From: Ylistrum balloti
Lineage: Eukaryota
Direction: 5' to 3'
Length of the DNA: 64,000 nucleotides
Assembly: GCF_031769215.1 (NCBI RefSeq)
Contig: NW_026782015.1
Span: 1,798,001-1,862,000 of the forward strand
This document shows, piece by piece, positions 38,344-52,580 of this stretch. The position numbers were made by a program, and so were the translations under genes. Numbering within the stretch: the stretch's first letter is position 1; every line of letters starts with the position of its first letter. The notes below the pieces were generated by a model. That model did not search any database. It was given only the letters and a program-made list of their open reading frames with translations, and was not told where the DNA came from.

Positions 38344-41300
38344 ATGGGCAAGAAACAGAGCAAGTTAGACGGCACGGAACTAAGGGACCTCTTGGACTCT
38401 ACTTATTGTAAGTAAATAAATCGAGATATACCACGTACAGGTCCCTACCTATTTAACTGTATAAGTCCCCACTAGTTCCTAACTGTATCTCCTAAGGTAT
38501 ATAACTGTATGCGTAGTGTATATATAAGTCTCCAACAGTATGTCGCTGTATGTGTGGTGTACATGTCCCCATCAATATATAACTGTGTATGTGTGGTATA
38601 CAGGTCCCCATCAATATATAACTGTGTATGTGTGGTGTACATGTCCCCATCAATACATAACTGTGTATGTGTGGTATACAGGTCCCCATCAATATATAAC
38701 TGTGTATGTGTGGTATACATGTCCCCATCAATACATAACTGTGTATGTGTGGTATACAGGTCCCCATCAATACATAACTGTGTATGTGTGGTATACATGT
38801 CCCCATCAATATATAACTGTGTATAACTGTGTATGTGTGGTATACAGGTCCCCATCAATATATAACTGTGTATGTGTGGTATACATGTCCCCATCAATAT
38901 ATAACTGTGTATGTGTGGTATACATGTCCCCATCAATATATAACTGTGTATGTGTGGTATACATGTCCCCATCAATATATAACTGTGTATGTGTGGTATA
39001 CATGTCCCCATCAATATATAACTGTGTATGTGTGGTATACATGTCCCCATCAATATATAACTGTGTATGTGTGGTATACATGTCCCCATCAATATATAAC
39101 TGTGTATGTGTGGTATACAGGTCCCCATCAATATATAACTGTGTATGATATACATGTCCCCATGTGTATGTGTGGTGTACATGTCCCCATCAATATATAA
39201 CTGTGTATGTGTGGTATACATGTCCCCATCAATATATAACTGTGTATGTGTGGTGTACATGTCCCCATCAATATATAACTGTGTATGTGTGGTGTACATG
39301 TCCCCATCAATATATAACTGTGTATGTGTGGTATACAGGTCCCCATCAATATATAACTGTGTATGTGTGGTGTACATGTCCCCATCAATATATAACTGTA
39401 TGTGTGGTATACATGTCCCCATCAATATATAACTGTGTCCCTATCAATATATAACTGTATGTGTGATATACATGTCCCCATCAATATATAACTGTGTATG
39501 TGTGGTATACAGGTCCCCATCAATATATAACTGTGTATGTGGTATACATGTCCCAATCATTATATAACTGTGTATGTGTGATTACAGGTCCCCATCATTT
39601 AAATATATATATATATAACTGTGTATGTGTGGTCGTAATCTTCAAAATCTGGGTTTTGCTGCTTTTACATGTCCCCATCAATATATAACTGTGTATGTGT
39701 GGATATACATGTCCCAATATCAATATATAACTGTGTATGTGTGAGTATACAGATCAATGCATTCTAGTCAATATAAAACTGTGTATGTGGTATACATGTC
39801 CCAATCATTATATAACTGTGTATGTGTGGTATACAGGTCCCCATCAATATATTACTGTATGTGTGGTATACAGGTCCCCATCAATACATAACTGTGTATG
39901 TGGTATACAGGTCCCCATCAATATATAACTGTGTATGTGTGGTATACATGTCCCCATCAATATATAACTGTGTATGTGTGGTATACATGTCCCAATCATT
40001 ATATAACTGTGTATGTGTGATATACATGTCCCCATCAATATATAACTGTGTATGTGTGGTATACAGGTCCCCATCAATATATTACTGTATGTGTGGTGTA
40101 CATGTCCCCATCAATATATAACTGTATGTGTGGTGTACATGTCCCTATCAATATATAACTGTGTATGTGTCGTATACAAGTCCTGTACAGTATATCAATC
40201 TGTATCTATGTTGTTCAGGCCCCAATCACTATATAAATGTGTATATGATATGCAGGTCTCCATTAATGTGAGAATTTTATTGACGGCCTCCAATATATTT
40301 TTTTTATATATCTTTAGCTATTGCTGGATGATATACATGTATATCAACTATATACAGAAATATTTTGTATGTATTCAATCTTAAACTCTTTTTAAAATAT
40401 AGGTGAATGAGTTGAATCATGTGGTGGAAACTAGCAATACAGTATGTTTTTGAAAAATTGAATGATGAAGGATGATTTTACTGTTGAACAAAACACATGA
40501 AATTTTCCACATTTTATATTATTTACATTTTAATCACAAGGAAGATAAAACACAGATATGACTTTGTGTTTCAGTTGACAGACGTGAGATCCAGCAGTGG
40601 TGAGTATATGTATATATAAGTATTTCATGCTAAAGCAAGTATGAAACTTTAATCAGAAAGGGGGATATTCTGTCTTATTTTTTCTTTATGAAGTGTAATA
40701 ATGATGGTGACATGCCTTAAACTCTCACTTTAATCAGAAGGGGAGATAATCACTCATATTACACTTCATGAAGTTTAACAGTGATGATGACATGCATATA
40801 GCTACCATTTTGATCAGGAGGGGAAATAATCCCTCTTATTTCTTGTCATGAAGTATAAAATTGATGGTGACATGCCTAAGGCTAATATTTTGATTAGAAG
40901 GGGAGATAATCCCTGTTCTTTCTCGTCATGAAGTTTAACAGTGATGATGACATACCTAAGGCTAACATTTTGAGCAGAAGGGGAGAAAATCACTCATATT
41001 GCTCATCATGAAGTTTAACAGTGATGATGATACAATCCCTCTTATTTCTCGTCATGAAGAATAAAAGTGATGGTGACATATCTAAGGCTAATATTTTGAT
41101 AGGAAGGGGAGATAATCCCTCATATTAATCTTCATAAAGTATAACGATGATGGTGACATGCCTAAGGCTAACATTTTGATCAGAAGGGGAGATAATCCTT
41201 CTTATTACTCATCATCAAGTATAACAGTGATGGTGATATGCCTGAGGCTAACATTTTGATCAGAAGGGGAGACAATCCCTCTTATTTCTCGTCATGAAGT

Positions 41301-43282
41301 TTAAAAGTAATAGTGACATACCTAAGGCTAACATTTTGATCAGAAGGGTTGATAATCCCTCTTATTACTCATCATCAAGTATAACAGTGATGGTGATGTG
41401 CCTTAGGCTAACATTTTCATCATAAGTGGAGATGATCCCTCTTATTTCTCAAGTGTAACAGTGATTGGTGCCTTTGAGCAAGAGAAATTGAAATAGAATA
41501 TCGTATTAAGGTTATTAGAGGAGATGACCCCTAATTTTACTAATGATCAAGTATGACAGATATGATGTCATGCCTCTGGCTTGAGTATACACATTTGAAA
41601 TTGTTTCACTGGCTGAATCTGCAAGAGAAATACCAGTACCAAGATTTGAAAGCAGATTATTCCACATGAGCACTTTGAAGGTGCCTGACTTTCTTATCCA
41701 GAGAAATTATGAAATTGGGTTCAGATTGTTCAAATTGAAATGGAACCTCACATTGAAATGTAACAATTCCAAAATCTAGTAAAGGTGTGTTAGTTTATCA
41801 GGGAATAAATCTGTGTTGCCTTGATTGACCTATTGTCATTGATTGCCTTGTTATTCATTGAATATAATAATGAAATAGGTTCACATATTACAAATGTAAT
41901 AAAGCTTATTGTGACTTCAATTTAGATAACAGAATGACAGCACACATGTAATTAACTTTCGGTGATTTCCGAGTATCGTTGGTTAGCATGTGATGCGCGC
42001 GCGGGTAGAGTGGGGTAAGGTAATTTTGATGCTAGCTACTCATGGGGTTCAGATGTGTAAACTTTGAAAAAAAAAAAAAAAATGCCATGAGTGCGTCTGT
42101 TTAAGTTTTTTAATGGGGGTGTTGTATTCATTTGTTGTTATAAGTTGGTGAATATACATGTATAATATACGGGCAGAATAGCAAAAGCATTGACATTGTT
42201 GTGGTTGTATTAACGAATTGTGGTAATTAAAAGAGTAGCAAGTATCCTTCCATTCATTGTGTTGTAGTTATTCTTTAGAAAGTAATTAATCTATATTGGG
42301 ACAAAGGAAGAATATAATTTCATTTATTGCATTGTGATGTAACATGGGAGACCATAGATATACGGTTTGACTTAGAACCATAGACTTTCTATACCATATT
42401 TGCTTGTGATATAAAGGATCTTCAATTTAATTCCAATTTCGTGAATTATGAAGCTTTTTGCAAATTTTCATCTTAGCTCGCCAAAGGATTGCTAAAATGG
42501 AAAATCCTTTGGCTTATTTCATTAATTCACATACCAAATGGAATTTCATGTAAGATCATATATTTATTATTATATATCATGTTGGGTAGCAGTGATGACA
42601 TGTCTATATACGTAGCTTACACATCTATCAGAAGGGGAGATAACCCCTCGTATTATTTATCTATCAAATATGACAGTGATAGTGACATGCCTATATGTTA
42701 CATGTCTACATGTCTGTCAGAAGGGGGAGATAACCCCACTTCTTATTATCTGTCAAGTACAACAGTTATTGTGGCACACCTATATGGTATGCTTCTACGC
42801 TTCTATCCAGAGGGAGATAACCTTTACGTAACCATCAATCAAATATATGGTAAAATGGTTATAGCTTATGCATATTTATCAGAAGGAGACACATGTCATA
42901 CAAACATATAACAACAAATTCTACGCTTTCTGTTTAAGTGGTCATGCCAAAGGTAAAGGGTCAAAGGTCACATTCTACTGCTTATTCAAAGTCATCAAGC
43001 AGTGATCTGCATGGAACAGGGACATTCATATCATACAGACATTTTCTAGTTTTCTGTTAAACTTTTGAACATTTTCTTAAATAGATAACCTATTTGAGGA
43101 AAGTGATGATAACATCCTTAATAAACAAAGAATCAGAGTAGTATTGTAGGATAATAACATTATTTGGTGATAACCAGGTTACAAGGAGTACTGTGAGTGT
43201 ATGTGACTGATGATACTTTGTTCTCATTAACAGGTACAGAGACTTCATGAGGGACTGTCCAAGTGGTATACTCAGGAAAGAG
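38344..43282 (+). CDS. NCS1: Neuronal calcium sensor (NCS-1/frequenin-like) paralog, exons 1-3 only (38344-38407, 40575-40599, 43234-43282); partial
   Basis: Spliced MGKKQSKLDGTELRDLLDSTY|FDRREIQQW|YRDFMRDCPSGILRKE: N-myristoylation MGxxxS and the EF1 motif W..F..DCPSG; canonical GT-AG with consistent phases (64+25+49 nt). Exact ortholog uncertain. Confidence 0.85.
38520..40190. repeat. 39-bp minisatellite, about 42 copies, NCS intron 1
   Basis: Unit GTATGTGTGGTATACATGTCCCCATCAATATATAACTGT (38881, 38920). Confidence 0.93.
40640..41460. repeat. 80-bp minisatellite at the start of NCS intron 2; degenerate relative at about 42590-42900
   Basis: CATGAAGT recurs at 40767, 40847, 40927. Confidence 0.85.
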
Positions 43283-43476
43283 GTGAGTATCTGTACAGGA
43301 CTGTCCTAGTGGCATACTCCAGGAAGAGGTGAGTATCTGTACAGGACTGCATGTTTAAGTGGGAAACTCAGAAAAAGGATGAGTATCAGTACTAGACTAT
43401 CCTAGTGGCATACTGAAGAAGGTGAGTATTATTACAGGATTTTTCTAGAGGCATACTCAGGAGAGAGGTGAATATG
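43283..43476 (+). repeat. ~46-bp x4 decayed repeat of NCS exon 3 end plus donor
   Basis: GGACTGTCC.AGTGG.ATACTC...AAGAG|GTGAGTATC reiterated downstream of the real donor. Confidence 0.85.
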
Positions 43477-43629
43477 CACAATACTACTAAGGCAAATGTT
43501 CTCTGCATTGTAAGAGTTATTTCCCTTAGTATGCATTTCTCTTTTATTTATATTTCTATAGATTAGCTTCAAGATTGTCAGCAATATAGAATAAATTGTA
43601 AACATAATGTTATTTCAACTTTTATCTTA

Positions 43630-44300
43630 CCATACATTACAACTGCAATGTTAACCTTCCATTACAACTACAATGTTCGGAACAAAAATGTTAATAATAT
43701 GTTTCAACTACAATGTTAACATTACTACTGCAGTGTTTACGTTCCGTAACAACTACAATGTTAACATAACATTAAAACTGCAATGTTAACATTACATTAA
43801 AACTGCAATGTTAACATGACGTTAGAACTATTATGTTAACCTTCCAATAAAAACTACAGTGTTAACATTACATTAAAACTGAAAGGTTAACATGACGTTA
43901 GAACTGTTATGTTAACATGACGTTAGAACTATTATGTTAACATGACGTTAGAACTATTATGTTAACATGACGTTAGAACTATTATGTTAACATGACATTA
44001 GAACTGTTATGTTAACATTACGTTAGAACTATTATGTTAACATGACGTTAGAATTATTATGTTAACATGACGTTAGAACTATTGTGTTAACATGACGTTA
44101 GAACTGTTATGTTAACATGATGTTAGAACTATTATGTTAACATGACGTTAGAACTATTATGTTAACATGACGTTAGAACTATTATGTTAACATGACGTTA
44201 GAACTATTATGTTAACATGACGTTAGAACTATTGTGTTAACATGACGTTAGAACTATTATGTTAACCTTCCAATGAAAACTACAGTGTTAACATTACATT
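43630..44300. repeat. 25-bp minisatellite (GTTAACATGACGTTAGAACTATTAT)
   Basis: Direct reading. Confidence 0.9.
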
Positions 44301-44339
44301 TCAACTAAAATATGAACACTGGATGGTTGGTTGGTTGGT

Positions 44340-44520
44340 ACTGTGGTAATGTACTTGTTTTTCACCTAGGTGTCTGGGATAAGATTTCTGGAAGTTGAAA
44401 GGTATAGGGTTTCCTGTCCGACCATGTGGGTTTTTCCCTTGTTACTCCTGTTTCCTCCCACATTAAGACAAATTGCACTTCCATCTGGATCAACAACAGT
44501 AATTAAAAAGTTGGAATCAC
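44340..44520 (+). mobile_element. V-domain-like SINE remnant
   Basis: GTGGGTTTTTCCCTTGTTACTCCTGTTTCCTCCCACA resembles the V-SINE central motif; related to the 9700-9885 copy. Confidence 0.45.
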
Positions 44521-44634
44521 TTGTAAAATAAAAGTTCAATGTAATTTTTACATTTCAACTACAGACTTCACATTCAATGCATGAATATGATTGAGGTATG
44601 AGAAGAGAGTATATATGATGTTATGATGATCAGG

Positions 44635-46770
44635 CCATTATCTGTAAAACATTTCACTAACCTGGACATTATCTGTAAGATATTTCACTAACCTGGACAT
44701 TATCTGTAAGATATTTCACTAACCTGGACATTATCTGTAAGATATTTCACTTACCAGGACATTATCTGTAAGATATTTCACTTACCAGGACATTATCTGT
44801 AAGATCTTTCACTTACCAGGACATTATCTGTAAGATATTTCACTTACCAGGACATTATCTGTAAGATATTTCACTTACCAGGACATTATCTGTAAGATAT
44901 TTCACTAACCAGGACATTATCTGTAAGATATTTCACTTACCAGTACATTATCTGTAAGATATTTCACTTACCTGGACATTATCTGTAAGATATTTCACTT
45001 ACCATGGCATTATCTGTAAGATATTTCACTTACCATGGCATTATCTGTAAGATGTCTTACTTACCAGGACATTATCTGTAAGATATTTCACTTACCAGTA
45101 CATTATCTGTAAGATATTTCACTTACCTGGACATTATCTGTAAGATCTTTCACTTACCTGGACATTATCTGTAAGATATCTTACTTACCTGGACATTATC
45201 TGTAAGATCTTTCACTTACCTGGACATTATCTGTAAGATATTTCACTTACCAGGACATTATCTGTAAGATATTTCACTAACCAGGACATTATCTGTAAGA
45301 TATTTCACTTACCATGGCATCATTTGTAAGATATTTCACTAACCTGGACATTATCTATAAGATCTTTCACTTACCACGACATTATCTGTAAGATATCTTA
45401 CTTACCAGTACATTATCTGTAAGATATTTCACTTACCAGTACATTATCTGTAAGATCTTTCACTTACCAGGACATTATCTGTAAGATATTTCACTTACCA
45501 GGACATTATCTGTAAGATATTTCACTTACCATGGCATCATTTGTAAGATATTTCACTTACCAGGACATTATCTGTAAGATCTTTCACTTACCTGGACATT
45601 ATCTGTAAGATATTTCACATACCAGGACATTATCTGTAAGATATTTCACTTACCAGTACATTATCTGTAAGATCTTCCACTTACCAGTACATTATCTGTA
45701 AGATCTTTCACTTACCTGGACATTATCTGTAAGATATTTCACTTACCTGGACATTAACTGTAAGATATTTCACTTACCACGACATTATCTGTAAGATATT
45801 TCACTTTCCAGGACATTATCTGTAAGATATTTCACTTACCATGGCATCATCTGTAAGATATTTCACTAACCTGGACATTATCTGTAAGATATTTCACTTA
45901 CCAGTACATTATCTGTAAGATATCTTACTTACCTGGACATCAGGACATTATCTGTAAGATATTTCACTTACCAGTACATTATCTGTAAGATATTTCACTT
46001 ACCAGTACATTATCTGTAAGATATCTTACTTACCTGGACATTATCTGTAAGATCTTTCACTTACCTGGACATTATCTGTAAGATCTTTCACTTACCTGGA
46101 CATTATCTGTAAGATATTTCACTAACCAGGACATTATCTGTAAGATATTTCACTAACCAGGACATTATCTGTAAGATATTTCACTTACCAAGACATTATC
46201 TGTAAGATATTTCACTAACCAGGACATTATCTATAAGATATTTCACTTACCAAGACATTATCTGTAAGATATTTCACTAACCAGGACATTATCTGTAAGA
46301 TATTTCACTTACCAGTACATTATCTGTAAGATCTTTCACTTACCAGTACATTATCTGTAAGATCTTTCACTTACCAGGACATTATCTGTAAGATATTTCA
46401 CTTACCAGGACATTATCTGTAAGATATTTCACTTACCATGGCATTATCTGTAAGATATTTCACTTACCACGACATTATCTGTAAGATCTTTCACTTACCT
46501 GGACATTATCTGTAAGATATTTCACATACCAGGATATTATCTGTAAGATATTTCACCTACCAGTACATTATCTGTAAGATCTTTCACTTACCAGTACATT
46601 ATCTGTAAGATCTTTCACTTACCTGGACATCATCTGTAAGATATTTCACTTACCTGGACATTATCTGTAAGATATCTTACTTACCACGACATTTTCTGTA
46701 AGCTATTTCACTTACCAGGACGTTATCTGTAAGATCTTTTGCTAACTAGGACAATATCTTATAATCTTTC
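44635..46770. repeat. 31-bp minisatellite, about 69 copies
   Basis: Unit GGACATTATCTGTAAGATATTTCACTTACCA (44701, 44732). Confidence 0.95.
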
Positions 46771-47539
46771 ACAGGTGAGATGGTTAACTGTGCAATCGCT
46801 TGCGTAATACATGTTTATTTTCAACCCTTGGTAACTGTTGTGTAACATCATTCCAGAAAGGTGGTGGTTGTAAATTCAGCTTAAATCTTCTTTAATCCTG
46901 GAGTATTTGCTTATTGACCATGAGATATAATTCATGGTGTGAAAATCAAACCGCCATTTCAACATTTAATGGATTGAAATTGATAAGGGAATCTAAATAA
47001 GCCTTTAATCCCTGTTGATATAAGTCAGTGTTAGTGACAGGACATCTGCACACATCACACACGTAACTTCACATTCATACCTAACACAAGACAAGTTCTA
47101 AATGAAACGAAAACTCGGCTATCCCCTGGGACGGATTACTGTTTCATGCCTCTATGAGCTTTGCCAGTCTTTTTACTTTTTCCTAATTAGGTTGAAACGC
47201 TATTTATTACAAACTGAAAAGTTTTCAATGAAGTGGAATAATCTGTTGATTTGATGTTTTGATTTTCGTATCAGATTTCACTTGAAATAGCAATTAAGTC
47301 CTCTTCTGGTTGGTAAAGTTAAACTGTTAATACTATTTGTATGAGTTATATCACCTTGACCTTCTCAGGTAGATCATTACCTGTTGACCTAATTTCTGGA
47401 ATACTCTATATATACTATGAACAGGGGAACCATGTTATAAATTTAAATATAGAGACCTAACATTACTAGTAAATCATATCTTCATAAAGAATATAGAGAA
47501 GCAGCCATTTGTTACCTACCTTTTTAGTACAGGGAATAT

Positions 47540-48790
47540 TCACTATAATATTTACCTGTGTAGTATACACAGTATGTACTGTAATATTTACCTGTATAGT
47601 AAAGACAGCACTCGCTGTAACAGTTACCTGTGTAGTACAGACAGTACTCACTGTAACAGTTACCTGTGTAGTATACACAGTACTCACTGTAACAGTTACC
47701 TGTGTAGCACAGACAGTACTCACTGTAACAGTTACCTGTGTAGTATACACAACACTCACTGTAACAGTTTCCTTTGTAGTATACACAGTACTCACTGTAA
47801 CAGTTACCTGTGTAGTATACACAACACTCACTGTAACAGTTACCTGTGTAGTATAGACAGTACTCACTGTAACAGTTACCTGTGTAGTATACACAGCACT
47901 CACTGTAACAGTTACCTGTGTAGTACAGACAGTACTCACTGTAACAGTTACCTGTGTAGTATACACAACACTCACTGTAACAGTTACCTGTGTAGTATAG
48001 ACAGTACTCACTGTAACAGTTACCTGTGTAGTACAGACAGTACTCACTGTAACAGTTACCTGTGTAGCACAGACAGTACTCACTGTAACAGTTACCTGTG
48101 TAGTACAGACAGTACTCACTGTAACAGTTACCTGCGTAGTACAGACAGTACTCACTGTAACAGTTACCTGTGTAGTATAGACAGTACTCACTGTAACAGT
48201 TACCTTTGTAGTATAGACAGTACTCACTGTAACAGTTACCTGTGTAGTATACACAACACTCACTGTAATAGTTACCTGTGTAGTACTCACTGTAATAATT
48301 ACCTGTGTAGTACTCACTGTAATAATTACCTGTGTAGTACTCACTGTAATAATTACCTGTGTAGTACTCACTGTAATAATTACCTGTGTAGTACTCACTG
48401 TAATAATTACCTGTGTAGTACTCACTGTAATAATTACCTGTGTAGTACTCACTGTAATAGTTACCTGTGTAGTACTCACTGTAATAATTACCTGTGTAGT
48501 ACTCACTGTAATATTTACCTGTGTAGTACTCACTGTAATATTTACCTGTGTAGTACTCACTGTAATAGTTACCTGTGTAGTACTCACTGTAATAGTGTAG
48601 TACTCACTGTAATAATTACCTGTGTAGTACTCACTGTAATAAGTTACCTGTGTAGTACTCACTGTAATAGTTACCTGTGTAGTATTCACTGTAATAGTTA
48701 CCTGTGTAGTACTAACTGTAATAATTACCTGATTAGTACACACTGTAATAATTACCTGTGTAGTACAGATAGTACTCACTGTAATAAACA
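47540..48790. repeat. Composite 36-bp / 27-bp minisatellite
   Basis: 36-bp CTCACTGTAACAGTTACCTGTGTAGTAYAGACAGTA to about 48260, then 27-bp CTCACTGTAATAATTACCTGTGTAGTA. Confidence 0.93.
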
Positions 48791-49704
48791 CATGTATTAC
48801 TTGTAATAAAATTTGTCTCATGCTCTCTGTAATACTTGTAATATCAGTGAGGGATTTTATTGCCTGATCTGGTAAGATATAGATTTGGAAGTATGCACCT
48901 CGCCACCCAGAAGCGTGAGACTGTCCACTGGCCATTGTACCAGACTTATTCTCAATCTTATCATTCCTTGGACGACTGTGCCACTGACGTGGACAGAAAT
49001 TTGATATAAAACCTAACTACTGATAGCATATTGATGATTATGATGATTAAATTCTCAGACAAAGGGCACATGTCTGACACAAGAGTCTTAAATGGCACCT
49101 TCATCAGGATATGGAAATTAGCATGAAATAAGAGATTTTTTAACTAGAATCCAGTCTGGTAGCGTACATGAGAATGTTGATTTAAATTACTGATCAATCC
49201 ATCAATGATGTGTGTTAGTTGACAGTCGTGTGACAATATGTAGTGAACACTGTAAACTTGTAATACTATACTATACAGTCTATAAGTATGTTACAGTCTT
49301 TCTAATCCGGATAAGGGATTTGGTTGACAGTTGGGTGACATTATCTGGTAAACAAAATCCTTGTAACACTATACATTTCAGCCTCTGTTATTAGTGTATA
49401 TGTTGTAATAAAAAGATATTGACAACTGAGAATTCACTTGATAAATGAGCTGAGTCAGACATTTATCTGAAATGAAGAAAATTTGGGTAACAATATCTGA
49501 GCGCTGTGTGCCAAGTGTAGGTGACTTGTACTTTAATGATTGGGGTCAGTACAAAACCTTAAATACTAACACCTTAATCCCCACCAGGATCTGTTCTATA
49601 TCTGTCTTATTGAAATCAGTATCTACAAGTGAAGGAAAATTTTCTTTTTCTTGATCATGTGTCAAAATGGATTGCTGGAGGAAGGGGACAGGAATGTGGG
49701 TTGG

Positions 49705-49880
49705 ATTCAGGGATGAAGGGTGGATACAGGGATGAAGGGTGGATACAGGGAGTTAGGGCGGATACAGGGATGAAGGGTGGATACAGGGAGTTAGGGCGGA
49801 TACAGGGATGAAGGGTGGATACAGGGAGTTAGGGTGAATACACGCATGAAGGGTGGATACAGGGGTTTAGACAGATACAG
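49705..49880. repeat. 19-bp purine-rich repeat (GATGAAGGGTGGATACAGG)
   Basis: Direct reading. Confidence 0.85.
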
Positions 49881-49949
49881 GGATTTAGGATGGATACATT
49901 GATAAAGAAAGGAGACCAGAGAACTCTCCCAAACTTGAAGTTATAAGAT

Positions 49950-50330
49950 ATGTTATAATAGATATGAAACACAATATGTAGTGGTATCTAACTTGTAAAC
50001 TAGTGGTTATAGATATATTATATTAGATATGAAACACAATATGTAGTGGTATCTAACTTGTAAACTAGTGGTTATAGATATATTATATTAGATATGAAAC
50101 ACAATATGTAGTGGACTCTATAACTCTGTAAACTAGTAGTTATAGATGTATTATAATAGATATGAAACACAATATGTAGTGGTATCTAACTTGTAAACTA
50201 GTAGTTATAGATGTATTATAATAGATATGAAACACAATATGTAGTGGACTCTTAACTCTGTAAACTTGTAAGTATAGATATGTTATAATAGATATGAAAT
50301 ACTATATGTAGTGGACTCTAAGGTGTTTGT
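49950..50330. repeat. 65-68 bp tandem repeat
   Basis: GATATGAAACACAATATGTAGTGG at 49961, 50026, 50091, 50159. Confidence 0.85.
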
Positions 50331-51731
50331 CTATAGGTATGTGTTATAAGTACTCCCCACCCTAGAAATCCTGCTTCGCTTTGGAGAATATCCATGCCCT
50401 ACACTATGGTATATGCCTCCTCAAGTTTTCAACAAGTTATTCTGATTACAAATTAAAGACACAAATAACATCACTGAAATGGTGAATATATCATCACCTC
50501 GTTGTACTGGCGACCACAGAGTTACTCCAGCATGGCCGACCATTGTGCAGTAGAAATCCCTTTTGAAATCACTACAATACTAGCTCCCCCTGGCCTGACG
50601 GTGCAGGGGTAATTTGGTAACGTAATCTATTTTACACCAATAACGATTATGTTTAGCGTAGGATCAGAGGGCTGAGGTCTGTGTACCTGTCCTACCTTAA
50701 CGACTATTCAATAATTAATATTACTTAATTACTATAACACGTGATAAAGCACATGAATAAAATATACATCTACAATCAAACTGCACTTAACACAGAAATA
50801 CCTTTGATGATTACCTGTAACAATTGTGATTATATCTACAAATGGCAGAATATGTTACCTGGTACTTCTGATTTGTAATTTGTACAAAGTCTTGTTGATC
50901 AATGAATTTACAGTTAATTTGAAAATGATAATTCTTTGATACCTAAGTTATTACTTAGTTTGCTGGCCAGAACTGTTTAATAACTCAAACTGCTATGAAT
51001 GGTTTAAATGAGGCTCAACTTTAAATATAAATATCCAGGTGATAAATATCTTAATTAAGAAGATATATATGTTTACTATTATGTACAACTTAATTGTTAT
51101 CTATTAAATGGGTACAAATGATAGTGTTAGATATCAAAGTAATTGTGTTCAAAAGTAACTTATGCTGTGAAGCAAATTGTCATTTTTAAATCTGTGTGAC
51201 TGAATTAATCTGAAATACTAAAATAGTACAGCTGTTTAGATATGGATTTTATTTTTTTTAACATTCAGTTAGGTCAGTAGTTATGCAAATTAATTCTTGC
51301 ATAATTTTTGTGGGAATGAAATACTAGCTCTATTTTCGGATGTGCCCTTCAATTGATTTGAATATGCATTCAGTAATCGTGACTGGTAGAACACAAATCT
51401 TTAAAAGACTTTAAAGAGAAGGTTATGTGGTTTAAGATAAGCTATTAAATTGATATGTGTGTCTTTTCACTTGTACATTTTTTTATTTCATGGCCATGCA
51501 CGGGATGGTTGTATGCGAGTGTTTCTTGTTCCTAAGATAAACAGACTTCTACATTTGATCTATTGATCTGCATGGTACGGTGGAATAGACTTACTAAGCG
51601 GGGGATTTAGTACAGAAATCTCCTGGATAAAGCGATTAATTTGTCAAACAATTTTGATTGTGAAGATTTAGAGTGGTGTGTGGAAGTCAGTATGATTAAG
51701 CTTCAAGATTTGCTTGTTTACTATGTGACCA

Positions 51732-51952
51732 TGTAACAGAGGTAATTATTTATGATAATGCCTCTGCTAGGATTCAAACTCAGGACTTCCGGTTTACTAG
51801 ACTTGCGCTCAACCAACTGAGCTAAACAGGAGGTCTCTGTAGCTGAGTTGGATGTTAATACTAGTATTTACCAGGGTTACAAACTCTGCATCCATATTAC
51901 TCCTCCCTGAGTTTCAAGGGGTTACATGGGTGCCCATGTGACAGAGGTCATT
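51732..51952 (-). mobile_element. TRIM copy C: one complete tRNA-like LTR (51732-51881) plus shrunken internal region and tail of the second LTR
   Basis: Reverse complement of the LTR consensus; ATGACCTCTGTCACA followed by TGGGCACCCATGTA (PBS-like) and GGGAGGAG (PPT-like) on the minus strand. Confidence 0.75.
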
Positions 51953-52004
51953 GATGTAATCGATCTGATGAAGGTCGAAACAGCTTCAGTTAATACCAAA
52001 TCAC

Positions 52005-52330
52005 CTCAGTTAAGTGAACATAATGAAGTTGTGACTCACTGTAGTGAAATAATCTTAATGAAGTTGTTTTCACCTCAGTTAAATGGAGTTGATGAAGTTG
52101 TGATTCGCTGTAGTGAAATGATTTTAATGAAGTTGTTTTTCACCTCAGTTAAATGGAGTTGATGAAGTTGTGATTCGCTGTAGTGAAATGATTTTAATGA
52201 AGTTGTTTTTCACCTCAGTTAAATGGAGTTGATGAAGTTGTGACTCACTGTAATGAAATGATTTTGATGAAGATGTTTTTCACCAAAGATAAATAGACTT
52301 AATGAAGTTGTAGTTTACCTTAAATAATAG
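52005..52330. repeat. 70-bp tandem repeat
   Basis: CACCTCAGTTAAATGGAG at 52071, 52141, 52211. Confidence 0.85.
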
Positions 52331-52394
52331 ACTTAATGAACACATATTTCACTGTGTTATACTTTAATGAATTAATCCTTGTTGTGCAATTTGA

Positions 52395-52580
52395 TGGTTA
52401 AGTGAACTAAACCTGATTGTAGAAGTTCAGTGGTGATTTTCTCGTAGAATTTCCTAGTTAAGTGGACTAAACCTAGTCGTAGAATTTCCTAGTTAAGTGG
52501 ACTAAACCTGGTTGTAGAATTTCCTAGTTAAGTGGACTAAACCTGGTTGTAGAATTTCCTAGTTAAGTGGGCTAAATCTT
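52395..52580. repeat. 35-bp tandem repeat
   Basis: AGAATTTCCTAGTTAAGTGGACTAAACCTGGTTGT at 52446, 52481 and onward. Confidence 0.85.

Noticed and set aside
38472-40384. Many overlapping Cys/Tyr/His-rich ORFs
   Set aside because: 39-bp minisatellite in NCS intron 1, open in multiple frames on both strands.
47466-48806. 489-aa Thr/Val-rich and 410-aa Cys-rich ORFs as real repeat proteins
   Set aside because: 36- and 27-bp units are multiples of 3 and happen to be stop-free on both strands; the location is intronic. Only the unique end was kept, as a tentative exon.
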